DNA of 64,000 bases from Planctomycetota bacterium (GTDB taxonomy: Bacteria; Planctomycetota; UBA1135). Under the pieces are notes generated by a model. The model did no database searches. It was not told the DNA's origin and saw only the letters and a program-made list of their open reading frames with translations. This document shows, piece by piece, positions 42,809 to 53,040 of this stretch (position 1 is its first letter; the number at the start of each line of letters is the position of its first letter). The position numbers and the translations under genes were made by a program. The stretch covers positions 14,326 through 78,325 of the forward strand of contig JASFYO010000036.1 in the NCBI GenBank assembly GCA_045047305.1, in the 5' to 3' direction.

Positions 42809-44875
42809 ATGGTTCCCATCCTCCTCCTCATCCTCGCAGCGCAAACTGCACAAGAACCGGCCCAAAGCCCCGAGGTCTTGGTCACTGCCTCGGCGTTTCC
42901 CGAGGATCCGCTGCAGCAACCATTTTCTTCGGAAACGCTGGATGCAACCTGGTTGCGTACGCGAGCCAGGACCATCCCTGAAGCTCTCCAAATGCTGCCT
43001 GGTGTGATGGTGCAGAAAACGGCATCAGGACAGTCGTCGCCCTACCTACGGGGCTTCACAGGCTTCCGCACCCAGATGCTTGTCGACGGAATCCCTTTGA
43101 ACCATGCGGCTATGCGCTCCGGCCCGAACCAGTACTGGAGCACCTTGGATGCCCTAACCGTGGAGCGCCTGGAATTGGTGCGCGGAACCTCGAGTGTCCT
43201 GTATGGATCCGATGCCATTGGCGGCACCGTGAATGCCATCAGCCGGCGCGCAAAAGTTGGCGGCGAAGGTGTGCGCTTGGGCGGCGGAAGCTTCACTCGC
43301 TATTCCAGCGCAGACAATGCTTGGACCCAACGCGCAGAAGTGTCCCTAAGTTCTGGATCGGAGTGGGGATTCCTCGGTGGGTCTACGGTTTCCAACTATG
43401 GAGATCTGAGATCGGGTGGCGGCGAACTTCCTGAGACCGGCTACTCCCAATTCAACGGAGATTTTCGCTTTGACCGCTACCTTAGTAACGGCGTGGTGTG
43501 GACCACGGCAGGCCAAACAGTGCGCCAAGTGAATGTTCCACGTACCCACAAAACCATTTTCGCAGTTCCATTCCAGGGCACCAGTGTCGGTAGTGAGTTG
43601 CAGCGCGACCAGGATCAGCGCAGGGACCTTTTCTACAGCCGACTATCGTGGGATCGTGGCAGCAATTGGATGAAACGCGGTGAAGTCACCTTGAGTTACC
43701 AACGCCACAAAGAAATCCGCGATCGAATCCGCAGCGGAGACCGCCGGGATCTGCAAGGATTCGATCTCAACGATCTGGGCTTAACCGCACGTTTTGAAAG
43801 CGATTCAAGCTCTTCTGGCGTTTGGTCATGGGGTACCGAGCTACACCGCCAAACCGCAGATAGCTTCCGCGATAACTTCGTTGCGGGAAGCTTCACTGGC
43901 TCCGCCATTCAAGGCGCAATTGGCGACAACAGCTCTTACGACAGCGCTGCGTTTTACCTTCAGAGAGAAATGTTCGTACGCGAAGACATCAGCTTGATTC
44001 CAGGCTTACGCGCAAGTTGGTTCTCGTTGCAATCCGATCGCGTGGATAACCCAGACCCGGGCGGTCCAGCGATTTTGCAATTGGATGAAAGTTGGACTGC
44101 TTTAACTGGCAGTTTGCGTGGTGTATGGGATCTCGGCCAAGAAAAAACAGTTTATGCCGGTTTATCGCAAGGCTTTCGCGCACCGAACTTGTCGGACCTA
44201 ACCTCGCTCGATGCCACGAGTGCGGTGGAAACTCCATCGCCCGATTTGAATCCAGAAAACTACTTGCAGCTCGAGATTGGAAGCAAGGGACGCGATGGTC
44301 GTTGGAGTTGGCAGACCTCGGTCTACCAAACTTGGATTGATAACATGATTGTCCAATCCCCTACCGGAGCCTTCATCGGTGGCACCCCCGAGGTGCAAAA
44401 AAGCAATGCCGGAGATGGCTGGGTACACGGCGTAGAAGTCGATGTGCAAATGGAAATCGATGCGCAGTGGACAGCATTCGCAACCGGTAGTTGGATGAAC
44501 GGCGAAGTCGATCAAGTCCAGTTGCCCGGTGGAGCTACCAGCCGCGAACCACTTAGCCGTTTGGCACCGCTACAGGGCACGACCGGTGTACGCTGGCAGC
44601 AAAACCAAGGTTCTTGGTGGGGAGAGGCCTGGATGTGGGCTGTCGATAACCAAGATAAGCTTGCGCTCCGTGACACCACCGACACCTCACGCATTCCAGC
44701 CGGCGGCACTCCAGGATTCACCATATTTGGGCTATCCGGAGGCGTGAAAATCAACGAAAATGCACGCTGGTCGTTATCTCTCGAGAACCTCGGCGATAAG
44801 AACTATCGCGTCCACGGTTCTGGTTTGAACGGCCCTGGCTTTAACTTAGTGACCACCTTCGAATTGAACTTCTGA
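42809..44875 (+). CDS. TonB-dependent outer-membrane receptor
   Basis: Plug motifs are IPEALQMLPGVMV, SPYLRGF and DGIPLN. A long beta-barrel follows, ending in the terminal aromatic TTFELNF. Confidence 0.88.
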   Translation: MVPILLLILAAQTAQEPAQSPEVLVTASAFPEDPLQQPFSSETLDATWLRTRARTIPEALQMLPGVMVQKTASGQSSPYLRGFTGFRTQMLVDGIPLNHAAMRSGPNQYWSTLDALTVERLELVRGTSSVLYGSDAIGGTVNAISRRAKVGGEGVRLGGGSFTRYSSADNAWTQRAEVSLSSGSEWGFLGGSTVSNYGDLRSGGGELPETGYSQFNGDFRFDRYLSNGVVWTTAGQTVRQVNVPRTHKTIFAVPFQGTSVGSELQRDQDQRRDLFYSRLSWDRGSNWMKRGEVTLSYQRHKEIRDRIRSGDRRDLQGFDLNDLGLTARFESDSSSSGVWSWGTELHRQTADSFRDNFVAGSFTGSAIQGAIGDNSSYDSAAFYLQREMFVREDISLIPGLRASWFSLQSDRVDNPDPGGPAILQLDESWTALTGSLRGVWDLGQEKTVYAGLSQGFRAPNLSDLTSLDATSAVETPSPDLNPENYLQLEIGSKGRDGRWSWQTSVYQTWIDNMIVQSPTGAFIGGTPEVQKSNAGDGWVHGVEVDVQMEIDAQWTAFATGSWMNGEVDQVQLPGGATSREPLSRLAPLQGTTGVRWQQNQGSWWGEAWMWAVDNQDKLALRDTTDTSRIPAGGTPGFTIFGLSGGVKINENARWSLSLENLGDKNYRVHGSGLNGPGFNLVTTFELNF

Positions 44876-44913
44876 AATCAACCACTACCCCGCCGCGGCA
44901 CCTGCTGAAAGCC

Positions 44914-45615
44914 GTGCTTGGATCGGTGACCTTCCACGTCGCGGTTGGGGTAGGGTTGTTAAGTACCGCATGGTGGTGGGCTTCGGATGTGGATGAACAT
45001 CAACCTCCGAAGCTTGCGGTCGCTCTAAAGGAAGAAGTTCCAGAGGTCAGCGAAGACGAGCCGGATTTCGAAGTCCAACCGCCAATCGAACTGGAACCAG
45101 TGGTACTACCGGTAGTGGAAGTGGAGGCTTCCCCTTTGGCTGAGTTGGAGGAACTACCGCCGGCAAAGGAATACCTGGCGGTGCGCCCATGGATGCCGCA
45201 ACAGTTGCGCTATCGGCCGACCACGCTTCCTCCCCATTTGCGTGAACAGACCAAGCCGGTGGAAGAGCAAAGGCTGACTGATTCCGCCGTTTCCAATACC
45301 GCAGTCCCTCGAGCGCCGGCACCACGGGCCTCGGTTTTACTGGCACCGCAGATCGATGCAGAGCAATGCCCTCCTCCGGAGTACCCACGGCGTGCCCGGC
45401 GTATGCGCTGGGAAGGTGTAACCCAATTAATTGTGACGGTCGATGTGAATGGAAATCCCATCGCAATCAAAGTATCTGTTTCCAGCGGCCACCAAATCCT
45501 CGATGATGCCGCAATCCAGGCGGTTCAGACCTGGCATTTTCACCCTGCAAACCGAGACCAGGTAGCCGAGGTTGGCGACTTACTGGTACCGATTCGGTTT
45601 GATATTAAGGAATAA
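44914..45615 (+). CDS. tonB: TonB-family energy transducer
   Basis: It has a GTG start, an N-terminal helix (VTFHVAVGVGLLSTAWW), a Pro/Glu-rich spacer and the C-terminal YPRRARRMRWEGVTQLIVTVDVNGNP...HQILDDAAIQAVQTWHFHPA. Confidence 0.8.
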   Translation: MLGSVTFHVAVGVGLLSTAWWWASDVDEHQPPKLAVALKEEVPEVSEDEPDFEVQPPIELEPVVLPVVEVEASPLAELEELPPAKEYLAVRPWMPQQLRYRPTTLPPHLREQTKPVEEQRLTDSAVSNTAVPRAPAPRASVLLAPQIDAEQCPPPEYPRRARRMRWEGVTQLIVTVDVNGNPIAIKVSVSSGHQILDDAAIQAVQTWHFHPANRDQVAEVGDLLVPIRFDIKE

Positions 45616-45676
45616 GCTTCCTGTGCTTCCGTTTGCTTCCGCCGAGTCGTAAGTGAAATACGCCGAGCCCCATCTA

Positions 45677-47362
45677 CTAGTAAACGATAGAAGACGGAAG
45701 GCTCAGCCCGTGAAGTTTTGAGTTGGTGCTTCGCTTCATGGTGGATTCCAAGGTTAGAAACTCAACCGGAATGGAATAAGTTTGCACCTCAGCTGAATTC
45801 CGAATCTGAACCTGGAAAAGCTGGCCTTGGGCGTCCGTCGCATCCGCACCCACGGCCACAGAAGGCCCTCTTGGCGACGATCTCTGTAGATAGAACCGCA
45901 CCAAAGTAGATCCACTCCAAGGAAGACTGATGGTGATGGTCCCATCGGTTTCAAAATAGGACGTTTCAACTTTTCTACCGCTTGGATTTCCATCGGCGTC
46001 CACCTTCCAAAGTCGTGCATAGAAATCCCATTCGTCGGACAAGCCAGCAAAGGCATTCACCCTTAGCTGGATAGGGAAGCCTTCCTGAAGCACCACGGTT
46101 TCGTCTTGCATGAGGTTCAACACCTGAACCGTCATCTTGCCCACACATGAAATTTCCAGATCGAATAGAGGAGTGCGCCCAATCATGTGGATGATTCCCT
46201 TTTTACCGTCCTGAGCTACACCGCCGTTCAAATCGCGAACAGATGCATACTTCAAAAAAGAGCCGTATTCATCTTTCACCTTTATCTTGATTTGGTGCAA
46301 GATTCCGCGGGCATCTAAATCGGGGAGGATGACTTCTTTGGATCCCGAGGGAATAAACACCTCTTTCCAGCGATAGAGTTCTATTTTGGTACGAGCATGG
46401 CGAAGCACCAAATCCACATTCCCAGGCGGAACTTTCCGGAACGAATACCCTCCTTTCGAGCGGGACAGCCAGCGATCAACCAGGACCGCTTTGGAGATTT
46501 CACCTGCATCACCGACCATCTGCAATTCAAAATGGCTGGCCTTGAATTCCGGATCTAATAGAACTTTCCCCTCCACCCTCAGGGATTGCAATAGCGCGAA
46601 GCGGACTCCCCTATCGCCAACACTTACACTCCGACGGAAGCTCAGGAAACCCTTGCAACTCGCTTCCAGCAAGAGCTCTCCCTCGGCATCACTTCCCTTA
46701 ATTTCAAAGTTGCCGCGCGAGTCAGTGTAGGTCATCGATTCTGGCAGAGGCTCCCAACGCCTTTGTTGGGAGCCTTTTCGTGAAACCGATATTTTTGCCG
46801 CAGCCACACGATCTCCGTAAGCATCTAGCACCACCCCTGCGACCATGACGGGGAATACGTCGACCACAAAGTCCCCCAACGCGAACACCTTGTCCTTGGG
46901 ATCCCAACTAAAGTCAGCTTGAGCCCCGCGCGCAGGCCGGGTTTGAGTCTTGCGTATGGCAACCGCAAAGGTGCGAGTCGCCGGCAGCATCATGTATCGC
47001 TCAAGGGGGAAGTGAAAGTTGCCGCTGGCATCCGTCCGTAATTTGCGACGGTAGCGCACATCGCTTTTATCCGATTCAACCCTTATGCTTACTTTGAATT
47101 CGAGGTTTGAAGCTACCATCCCCTCAGCATTCAAAATCCGGCCCGACAAGACGTAACCTTCGGCAGACACATCGACTTCGCTTGGTTGTACCGTCGACTC
47201 ACGGGTCATGCTTATTGCCGGCAAGTCCGTTGCGTTGGGCCGCAGTGGCTCAAGCTTAATTTCAGGAGTATCCCCTTGGCTAGTTGGCGGTTCAGGCTGG
47301 ACAAACATGACCAATCCAATCACCCCAATCACTAACCCGAGCAGAAGAAAAGCCCTTTGCAT
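45677..47362 (-). CDS. Signal-anchored multi-beta-sandwich envelope protein, subfamily A (short member)
   Basis: The anchor is MQRAFLLLGLVIGVIGLVMFV. It shares the subfamily A landmarks LRVEGKVLLDPEFKASHF and LPDLDARGILHQIKIKVKD. Confidence 0.78.
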   Translation of the reverse strand: MQRAFLLLGLVIGVIGLVMFVQPEPPTSQGDTPEIKLEPLRPNATDLPAISMTRESTVQPSEVDVSAEGYVLSGRILNAEGMVASNLEFKVSIRVESDKSDVRYRRKLRTDASGNFHFPLERYMMLPATRTFAVAIRKTQTRPARGAQADFSWDPKDKVFALGDFVVDVFPVMVAGVVLDAYGDRVAAAKISVSRKGSQQRRWEPLPESMTYTDSRGNFEIKGSDAEGELLLEASCKGFLSFRRSVSVGDRGVRFALLQSLRVEGKVLLDPEFKASHFELQMVGDAGEISKAVLVDRWLSRSKGGYSFRKVPPGNVDLVLRHARTKIELYRWKEVFIPSGSKEVILPDLDARGILHQIKIKVKDEYGSFLKYASVRDLNGGVAQDGKKGIIHMIGRTPLFDLEISCVGKMTVQVLNLMQDETVVLQEGFPIQLRVNAFAGLSDEWDFYARLWKVDADGNPSGRKVETSYFETDGTITISLPWSGSTLVRFYLQRSSPRGPSVAVGADATDAQGQLFQVQIRNSAEVQTYSIPVEFLTLESTMKRSTNSKLHGLSLPSSIVY

Positions 47363-47387
47363 AGATGGAGTTTAGCAGGCTGTAGGT

Positions 47388-48080
47388 CTATTCAATTCCC
47401 AGAGAGGGTTGCTGTACGACAGCAAGGTCTTCTAGGCGTATCGCCGTGAGCATTCCCCCGTAAACGCAACCGGTATCTAGGCCGTAGGCAAGCGGCTCAC
47501 CGTCTTCGCTTTGGTGCATGCCAGCGGCAGATTGAGCGTGACCAAAGAGGACAAATTCGGGACCCTCCCAGGCTTCATGCCACAACGGAGCACCGGGACG
47601 GTCGTGGCAACGGCTGAGACGGATGATTTCGGCTGCTTGCATATCTTCGACCTTGCGCCCTGGGAGTACGGAAGCGTGAACCAAAATCCAATTACGTTGC
47701 GTGTTTGGCGCCGCCCATGCAGAGCCGTTACAAACACCGCGCAAAAAGTATTTTCGGCCTTGTAAAAAATCGAAAAACTCTTCGGCTACGGGAAGCGCAG
47801 AAGGGTCCATCTTGGCTTGGTTGTCGCCACGCAAATCGCCGCCATAGCCCGTTGCGGCACCTTGCTTCAACAAAGCCCGCTCATGATTGCCGAGAACCAT
47901 GTCGAAAGTATCGCCTAGGCCTTGCAGGATGCGTAATACCCCAACCGGGTCGGGGCCGCGGTGAAAAAGATCGCCGGCGGAGAGGAATCGATCACCAGGT
48001 TGCAGGTCGATAGTTGCTAACAGCAATGCCAACTCTTTTGCGCAACCGTGAACGTCGCCCACCACCCAGGTGGATGTCAT
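47388..48080 (-). CDS. PPP-family metallophosphoesterase (ApaH/PrpE-like)
   Basis: Motifs GDVHG, GDLFHRGPD and GNHE are present. ATG 48080 overlaps the pepF stop as ATGA. Confidence 0.82.
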   Translation of the reverse strand: MTSTWVVGDVHGCAKELALLLATIDLQPGDRFLSAGDLFHRGPDPVGVLRILQGLGDTFDMVLGNHERALLKQGAATGYGGDLRGDNQAKMDPSALPVAEEFFDFLQGRKYFLRGVCNGSAWAAPNTQRNWILVHASVLPGRKVEDMQAAEIIRLSRCHDRPGAPLWHEAWEGPEFVLFGHAQSAAGMHQSEDGEPLAYGLDTGCVYGGMLTAIRLEDLAVVQQPSLGIE

Positions 48081-49807
48081 ACCGATTTCGCGATTTCTTC
48101 CGTCCACGCCGCTTCTACTTCCGCCATGAGATCACCTAAGTGGTCGCCTCGTGGGTCGAACTTCAAGCCGGCGGCCTCGAACAGTTCCGGAAGCTTACGC
48201 GAGCCACCGAGAGCCAAACCTTCGACGTAACGGTCGACGGCTTCGCTCGGATTGTTGCGGTAGCGCACCCACAGCTGACAGGCGCCCATTTGCGCGAGCG
48301 CATATTCGATGTAGTAAAACGGCACTACAAAAATATGCAATTGACGATGCCACAGCGTTGCGCGTTGCTCCGTTAACCCACTCCAATCAACGCCAGCGGA
48401 AAAGCGTTCCTGAATCGCCATCCATGCATCCCTCCGCTGCTCGCGCGTGTGATTTTCATGGGTGTAAATCCACTGCTGGAAGCCATCGACGGCAGCGACC
48501 CATGGAAAGGTAGTGGCCATGCCTTCTAAAGCGTGAATGCGGGTGCTGCGTGCATCAGCGGCAGGGTAGACCTCGGCGTAATGCTCGGTGGCCATGGCCT
48601 CCATCCCCATGGAGGCGACCTCGGCGAACTCTAGTGGTGGCATGCGATAAGCAACTGGCTCCAGGTCACGACACAGCAATCCGTTCAAGGCATGCCCGCC
48701 TTCATGCACTAAAGTTTCGACATCGCCGTGGGTGGTACCGGAATTAGCGAAGATGATCGGTACGCGGCGGCGTTCCAGGGTTTCCATAAAGCCACCCGGT
48801 GCTTTATGCGGGCGCGTTTCTAAATCGAGCAATCCTTGCTCGAACATCCAGCGCAGTTCACTGCCGAAGGAATCACGCACACCCGACATCATCTTGGAGG
48901 CAACATCGACTTGGCCTTGTGCACTGGCAAAAGGTTCGAAAGCTTTATCCGATTCGGGATCGACGGCCAAATCCCACGGGCGCAGCGGATCCAACTGCAA
49001 CAGTTCTTTACGTCGCGCGGACATGCGCCTCGCCACAGGCATCACGTACTTGGCGACATTCTCCTGAAACGCCAAACAATCTTCCGGGGTGTAATCAAAC
49101 CGCGCTTTGGCTTCGTGCATATAGTCGCGGTAATTATCAAAGCCAGCAATCTTTGCCTGACGCTGGCGCAACTCCATCAGATCCTCAAAAAGTGTCTCCA
49201 GTTTCTCCGCATCTGCCATGCGCCGTCCCGAGGTCGTGCGCCAACTCGATTCACGTACTTCACGGTCTGGACTCTCCGAGTACTTGGCCATGGCAGACAA
49301 GGTGTGCTCTTCCCCGTTGTACTCCACCATCATCGCGCCCACGATGCGATCGTATTGATTGCTAAGTTTCTCTTCCTCGGCCTCCAATGCGACATTCTCC
49401 TCTCGAAACAAACGCACACCCAACTCAACCTCGCGGTCATACACCTCCCACTTCGAGGAATCCAGCTCCTTGCGAAATGGGCAATCCAAATACTTGCGAT
49501 CTAAGCGGTCATCAATCGGCTTGATCAACGGCAAGGTAATGGTTTGGAAATCCATGTAAGACTTTTCCAAGGCTTCGTCATCTGTTTTGCACACGCTGGC
49601 ATACATCCGCGCGACGGCTTCTTCGCCAATGCAACTATCCAACTCGGAGCGATCGAGAATCCACTTCTCTAAATCCCCGACCGAATGCAATTCGCGTTGC
49701 TCCAACTCCAATAACCATGGCTCCATGGCAGCAAAGTCGATGGGAGCAAAACCTTGCGGCAAGTAACGTAGTGCAGGAACGGGGTGGGAAATGGTGGATG
49801 GATTCAT
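48077..49807 (-). CDS. pepF: M3-family oligoendopeptidase F
   Basis: The product is 576 aa with the zinc site VHEGGHAL (HExxH) and a downstream Glu. Confidence 0.82.
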   Translation of the reverse strand: MNPSTISHPVPALRYLPQGFAPIDFAAMEPWLLELEQRELHSVGDLEKWILDRSELDSCIGEEAVARMYASVCKTDDEALEKSYMDFQTITLPLIKPIDDRLDRKYLDCPFRKELDSSKWEVYDREVELGVRLFREENVALEAEEEKLSNQYDRIVGAMMVEYNGEEHTLSAMAKYSESPDREVRESSWRTTSGRRMADAEKLETLFEDLMELRQRQAKIAGFDNYRDYMHEAKARFDYTPEDCLAFQENVAKYVMPVARRMSARRKELLQLDPLRPWDLAVDPESDKAFEPFASAQGQVDVASKMMSGVRDSFGSELRWMFEQGLLDLETRPHKAPGGFMETLERRRVPIIFANSGTTHGDVETLVHEGGHALNGLLCRDLEPVAYRMPPLEFAEVASMGMEAMATEHYAEVYPAADARSTRIHALEGMATTFPWVAAVDGFQQWIYTHENHTREQRRDAWMAIQERFSAGVDWSGLTEQRATLWHRQLHIFVVPFYYIEYALAQMGACQLWVRYRNNPSEAVDRYVEGLALGGSRKLPELFEAAGLKFDPRGDHLGDLMAEVEAAWTEEIAKSV

Positions 49808-50799
49808 CGTTCTGCTTTGGATGGACGTTGCATGAGGTTTTTGACCGCTTCTAGTGGGTTAGCCTCGTTAAAAAGAATTTCGTAAACCTGACGCGTGATC
49901 GGCATATCCACGCCCAGGTCATCGGCCGCAGTAAAGATCGCCTTACAGGTCCAAACACCTTCCGAGACTTTCTCGGTGCGTGCAAGTATGTCTTTGAGTT
50001 TTTCGCCTTTGCCGATGGCTTCGCCCAAAGAGCGGTTACGCGAGTGCTGGGAATAGCAGGTCACCATGAGGTCGCCGGAACCGGAAAGACCAAAGAAGGT
50101 TTCCTTCTGCGCGCCTTTCTCGACGCCAAAACGCGCCATTTCTACTAAGCCGCGAGATACCAATGCGGCTTTTGCGTTATCGCCCAGGCCAACTCCATCG
50201 GCGATGCCAGCACCCAGTGCGATGATGTTCTTTAATGCACCACCGAGTTCTGCGCCAATCAAATCGTCGGAAGTGTAAACACGTAATGCTGCACTACTCA
50301 GGTGCGCTTGCGCCATGGCGGACATGGCCGACGTATTTGCCGCTGCAACCACGGAAGTGGCTAGACCGCGCGCGGTTTCCTCGGCATGAGAAGGGCCGGT
50401 AACCACGCCAATGGGAATATCACTGCCGAGGACATCGGCGATGATTTCAGTCGGGCGCTTAAGGGTGGAAAGTTCGAGGCCCTTGGATGCAGAGAAAATG
50501 GGAAAGCCAGCAAGGCGTCCGCCGAAAGATTCAAGAGTGGGGCGAATGAACTGGGTCGGGACCACCGAATACACATCCTCCACGCCGTCTAGGGCGGCAT
50601 CCATGTCATGGGTCCAAAGGACGTCGGCAGGAATTTCGATTCCAGGGAGATACTTGCGGTTATCCCGCGAGGCAGCAACCTCTGCGGTGTATTCCGGATC
50701 ACGACCCCAAACGTGAACCTCTCTGCCAGCACGATGCAAAGACATCGCTATGGCCATGCCCCAGCCGCCGTCGCCAATCACCAAACTTTTGCCCGACAT
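49804..50799 (-). CDS. gpsA: NAD(P)H-dependent glycerol-3-phosphate dehydrogenase
   Basis: The Rossmann segment is VIGDGGWGMAIA. The motif GALKNIIALGAGIADG is present. The gene is adjacent to plsY. Confidence 0.9.
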   Translation of the reverse strand: MSGKSLVIGDGGWGMAIAMSLHRAGREVHVWGRDPEYTAEVAASRDNRKYLPGIEIPADVLWTHDMDAALDGVEDVYSVVPTQFIRPTLESFGGRLAGFPIFSASKGLELSTLKRPTEIIADVLGSDIPIGVVTGPSHAEETARGLATSVVAAANTSAMSAMAQAHLSSAALRVYTSDDLIGAELGGALKNIIALGAGIADGVGLGDNAKAALVSRGLVEMARFGVEKGAQKETFFGLSGSGDLMVTCYSQHSRNRSLGEAIGKGEKLKDILARTEKVSEGVWTCKAIFTAADDLGVDMPITRQVYEILFNEANPLEAVKNLMQRPSKAER

Positions 50800-50803
50800 C
50801 TTC

Positions 50804-51382
50804 CTAGGTCTCCTTTCCTTGCATCATCTGCTTTAAGTTACTGCGATGGGTGAAGAATAAAAACAGGCCACCGCCTAGACCAAACCAAAAGATCCAAACG
50901 TGAGCATCGAAAGCCCAAGCCGCCAACGGCAAAGCCATGCCGAAGGCTAAGGAACCCAAAGCCACTAGGCCGAAAACTTTTTTCACCAGAATCCACGACA
51001 ACCCAGCAGCCAAAAAAACTAGCGGGGCCAAGGCCAAAAAGGCACCACTCAAGGTCGCCACGCCTTTACCGCCGCGGAATCCATTCCAGAATGGAAGGAT
51101 GTGCCCAACATAGGCACTTGCTCCAGCAACCACACTAGCTTCGACTCCCCACAGCCAATCTGTCAGCAAAACCGGGAACAAGCCTTTGAACATGTCGAGC
51201 AGATACACCGCCAAACCTATCTTTTTTCCCATAGCGCGAGCGGCATTGGTAGCACCAGGGTTACCGCTTCCGACCGCACGTAGGTCTACTCCTTTTGCTT
51301 TTGCAAAGAGCAAAGAAAAGGACACAGAACCGAGCAAATAGCTCGCAATTCCACTGCTAGTTAGCGTCATCCAGGGCGTCAT
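50804..51382 (-). CDS. plsY: Glycerol-3-phosphate acyltransferase PlsY
   Basis: The product is 192 aa and polytopic, with the GSGNPGATNA motif. Confidence 0.9.
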   Translation of the reverse strand: MTPWMTLTSSGIASYLLGSVSFSLLFAKAKGVDLRAVGSGNPGATNAARAMGKKIGLAVYLLDMFKGLFPVLLTDWLWGVEASVVAGASAYVGHILPFWNGFRGGKGVATLSGAFLALAPLVFLAAGLSWILVKKVFGLVALGSLAFGMALPLAAWAFDAHVWIFWFGLGGGLFLFFTHRSNLKQMMQGKET

Positions 51383-51418
51383 TGAGGGTCAGGATAACGT
51401 GGCGAAAACAAAAAAGAC

Positions 51419-51446
51419 TTGACCCAATCTCAAACGACGCTATCAA
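51419..51446 (+). promoter_or_regulatory. Candidate sigma70 promoter for the ferredoxin gene
   Basis: TTGACC (51419..51424) is followed by a 16-nt spacer and TATCAA (51441..51446), about 55 nt before the start codon. Confidence 0.3.
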
Positions 51447-51500
51447 CATGCATTCACAGAGGATAATCCCCCCTGTCCATTAACCAATCAGAGAAGAATT

Positions 51501-51773
51501 TTGACTTACGTCATCGCCGAACCCTGCGTCAACACTAAGGATACTGCCTGTGTTGATGTTTGCCCCGTAGAGTGCATTTACGAGACCGAGCCCGAGCCGG
51601 ATCAAAGCACCCTCATGCTCCCGATGTTCATCCATCCGGATGAATGCATCGATTGTGGCGCCTGCGAGCCAGAGTGCCCCGTAGATGCGATTTTCCCAGA
51701 AGAAGATGTCCCAGATGACTGGGCACCATTCATTCAGGCCAACGCAGACCTCGCCTCGGAAGCCGATATGTAG
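51501..51773 (+). CDS. fdxA: Ferredoxin (FdxA-like, 4Fe-4S/3Fe-4S type)
   Basis: A TTG start gives MTYVIAEPCVNTKDTACVDVCPVECIYE. The second cluster motif is CIDCGACEPECP. Confidence 0.85.
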   Translation: MTYVIAEPCVNTKDTACVDVCPVECIYETEPEPDQSTLMLPMFIHPDECIDCGACEPECPVDAIFPEEDVPDDWAPFIQANADLASEADM

Positions 51774-51837
51774 CCTGAGGGGCTTCACTGCCGCTCTCTA
51801 AGTGCTGGGCTCCTCCAGCGCACTCCGCACAAAAAAG

Positions 51838-51873
51838 AAAACCGAGCTCCTTGCGGGGCCCGGTTCCTTTTTT

Positions 51874-51874
<1 letters not shown>
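51838..51874. terminator. Bidirectional rho-independent terminator shared by the ferredoxin gene and tRNA-Gly
   Basis: The sequence is AAAAAAGAAAACCGAGCTCCttgcGGGGCCCGGTTCCTTTTTTT. A GC-rich stem is flanked by an A-run and a T-run. Confidence 0.65.
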
Positions 51875-51949
<75 letters not shown>

Positions 51950-51990
51950 GTGGTTGAGGGGCGAAAAGATACGCCACCCCGCACTCATTG

Positions 51991-53040
51991 TCAACGACCT
52001 CTTGCTGGAGAATCTTGAGACAAAAGGAAGCGTGGTTCTTCACCTTGCAAGCCGAACAGCTCCACCGCTCTTCTTTGGACCAATTCCTGGACATCTTGCA
52101 GCTCGCGATCGGCCAGGCTGATCTGTCCACCAGCCATGCGGCCGTGACCGCCACAGGCGCCCTCCTCTCCGATGATAAAGCGAAGAGCTGGGTATGCATC
52201 GGCGTCAGGCATGTCGCAGCGCAAGGAGAGCTGGTAACGGCCGTCACAGGCGCCACCGGCGAGCGACCATTGTTGGCCTTCAAGGCGCAAAAACCAGTCA
52301 GCCACTTCGGCGACCGCTTCGGGGCTCTGGACTTCCCCCATTAAGGTTAAAAGCAGGCGGCCGAAATCCTGGCAAGAATCCATCGCCACGCGCATTTGCT
52401 GAAAATATTTCCGTGTCAGGGGCGGCTGATCAATCGCGCCAATGATTTGACGGTCAGCCAGCTTTTCTAAATGACGAAAGGCCTGTTCATCGAACTCGGT
52501 TGCACCACGGAGCAGATTGTTGGTGTCATAACGCACTCCGCAGTACAAAGCGGTGGCGGTGCGTTTATCCGGCTCTACGCCATAGTGCTGCAGCAGAAAG
52601 AAAACCATGGTTGAGGTGGCTCCATAGGAAGAATCCACCCACTTCCACGGATACTCCTCCGTCTTTTCACCGTCTCCTTCTGCCGCAGGCCCATCATGGT
52701 GATCAATGATGCCGAGCACAGGTAAAGCACCGGGCGGATGGGTGTGGCTAAATCCAGGTTGCGAATCCACCACCAAAATGCCCTGAAAATCGGCCGGATC
52801 GACCCCACCTTTCGGCAGAGCTTTAATCGCCAGCAGTTTGCGCATGGCGACGTTTTCTGCTCGGCGAATGCGCCCTTCCAGAACTAAGCTCGACTGCAGG
52901 CCGAACTTCTTCTCGAGCAGATACTCCAAACCCACAATCGCTCCCAATCCATCTGGATCTGGGTGACGGTGGGTGCATAAGACGAGGGCTCCTGAGGAGG
53001 GAAGCACCTCGGCGAAGCGGCTTAAAAGCTCTTCTTTCAT
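51991..53040 (-). CDS. DHH-family phosphoesterase (NrnA-like oligoribonuclease / pAp phosphatase)
   Basis: Motifs are CTHRHPDPDGLGA and GIIDHHD, followed by a C-terminal DHHA1-like region. Confidence 0.78.
   Translation of the reverse strand: MKEELLSRFAEVLPSSGALVLCTHRHPDPDGLGAIVGLEYLLEKKFGLQSSLVLEGRIRRAENVAMRKLLAIKALPKGGVDPADFQGILVVDSQPGFSHTHPPGALPVLGIIDHHDGPAAEGDGEKTEEYPWKWVDSSYGATSTMVFFLLQHYGVEPDKRTATALYCGVRYDTNNLLRGATEFDEQAFRHLEKLADRQIIGAIDQPPLTRKYFQQMRVAMDSCQDFGRLLLTLMGEVQSPEAVAEVADWFLRLEGQQWSLAGGACDGRYQLSLRCDMPDADAYPALRFIIGEEGACGGHGRMAGGQISLADRELQDVQELVQRRAVELFGLQGEEPRFLLSQDSPARGR

Noticed and set aside
45616-45676. GCTTCC occurs three times at 9-10-nt spacing (45616, 45625, 45635), and CGCCGAG occurs twice, in the TonB/subfamily A convergent spacer.
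   Set aside because: These are very short hexamer/heptamer repeats in a 61-nt spacer. They are compatible with chance, no hairpin or known motif is associated, and they are not worth a claim without conservation data.
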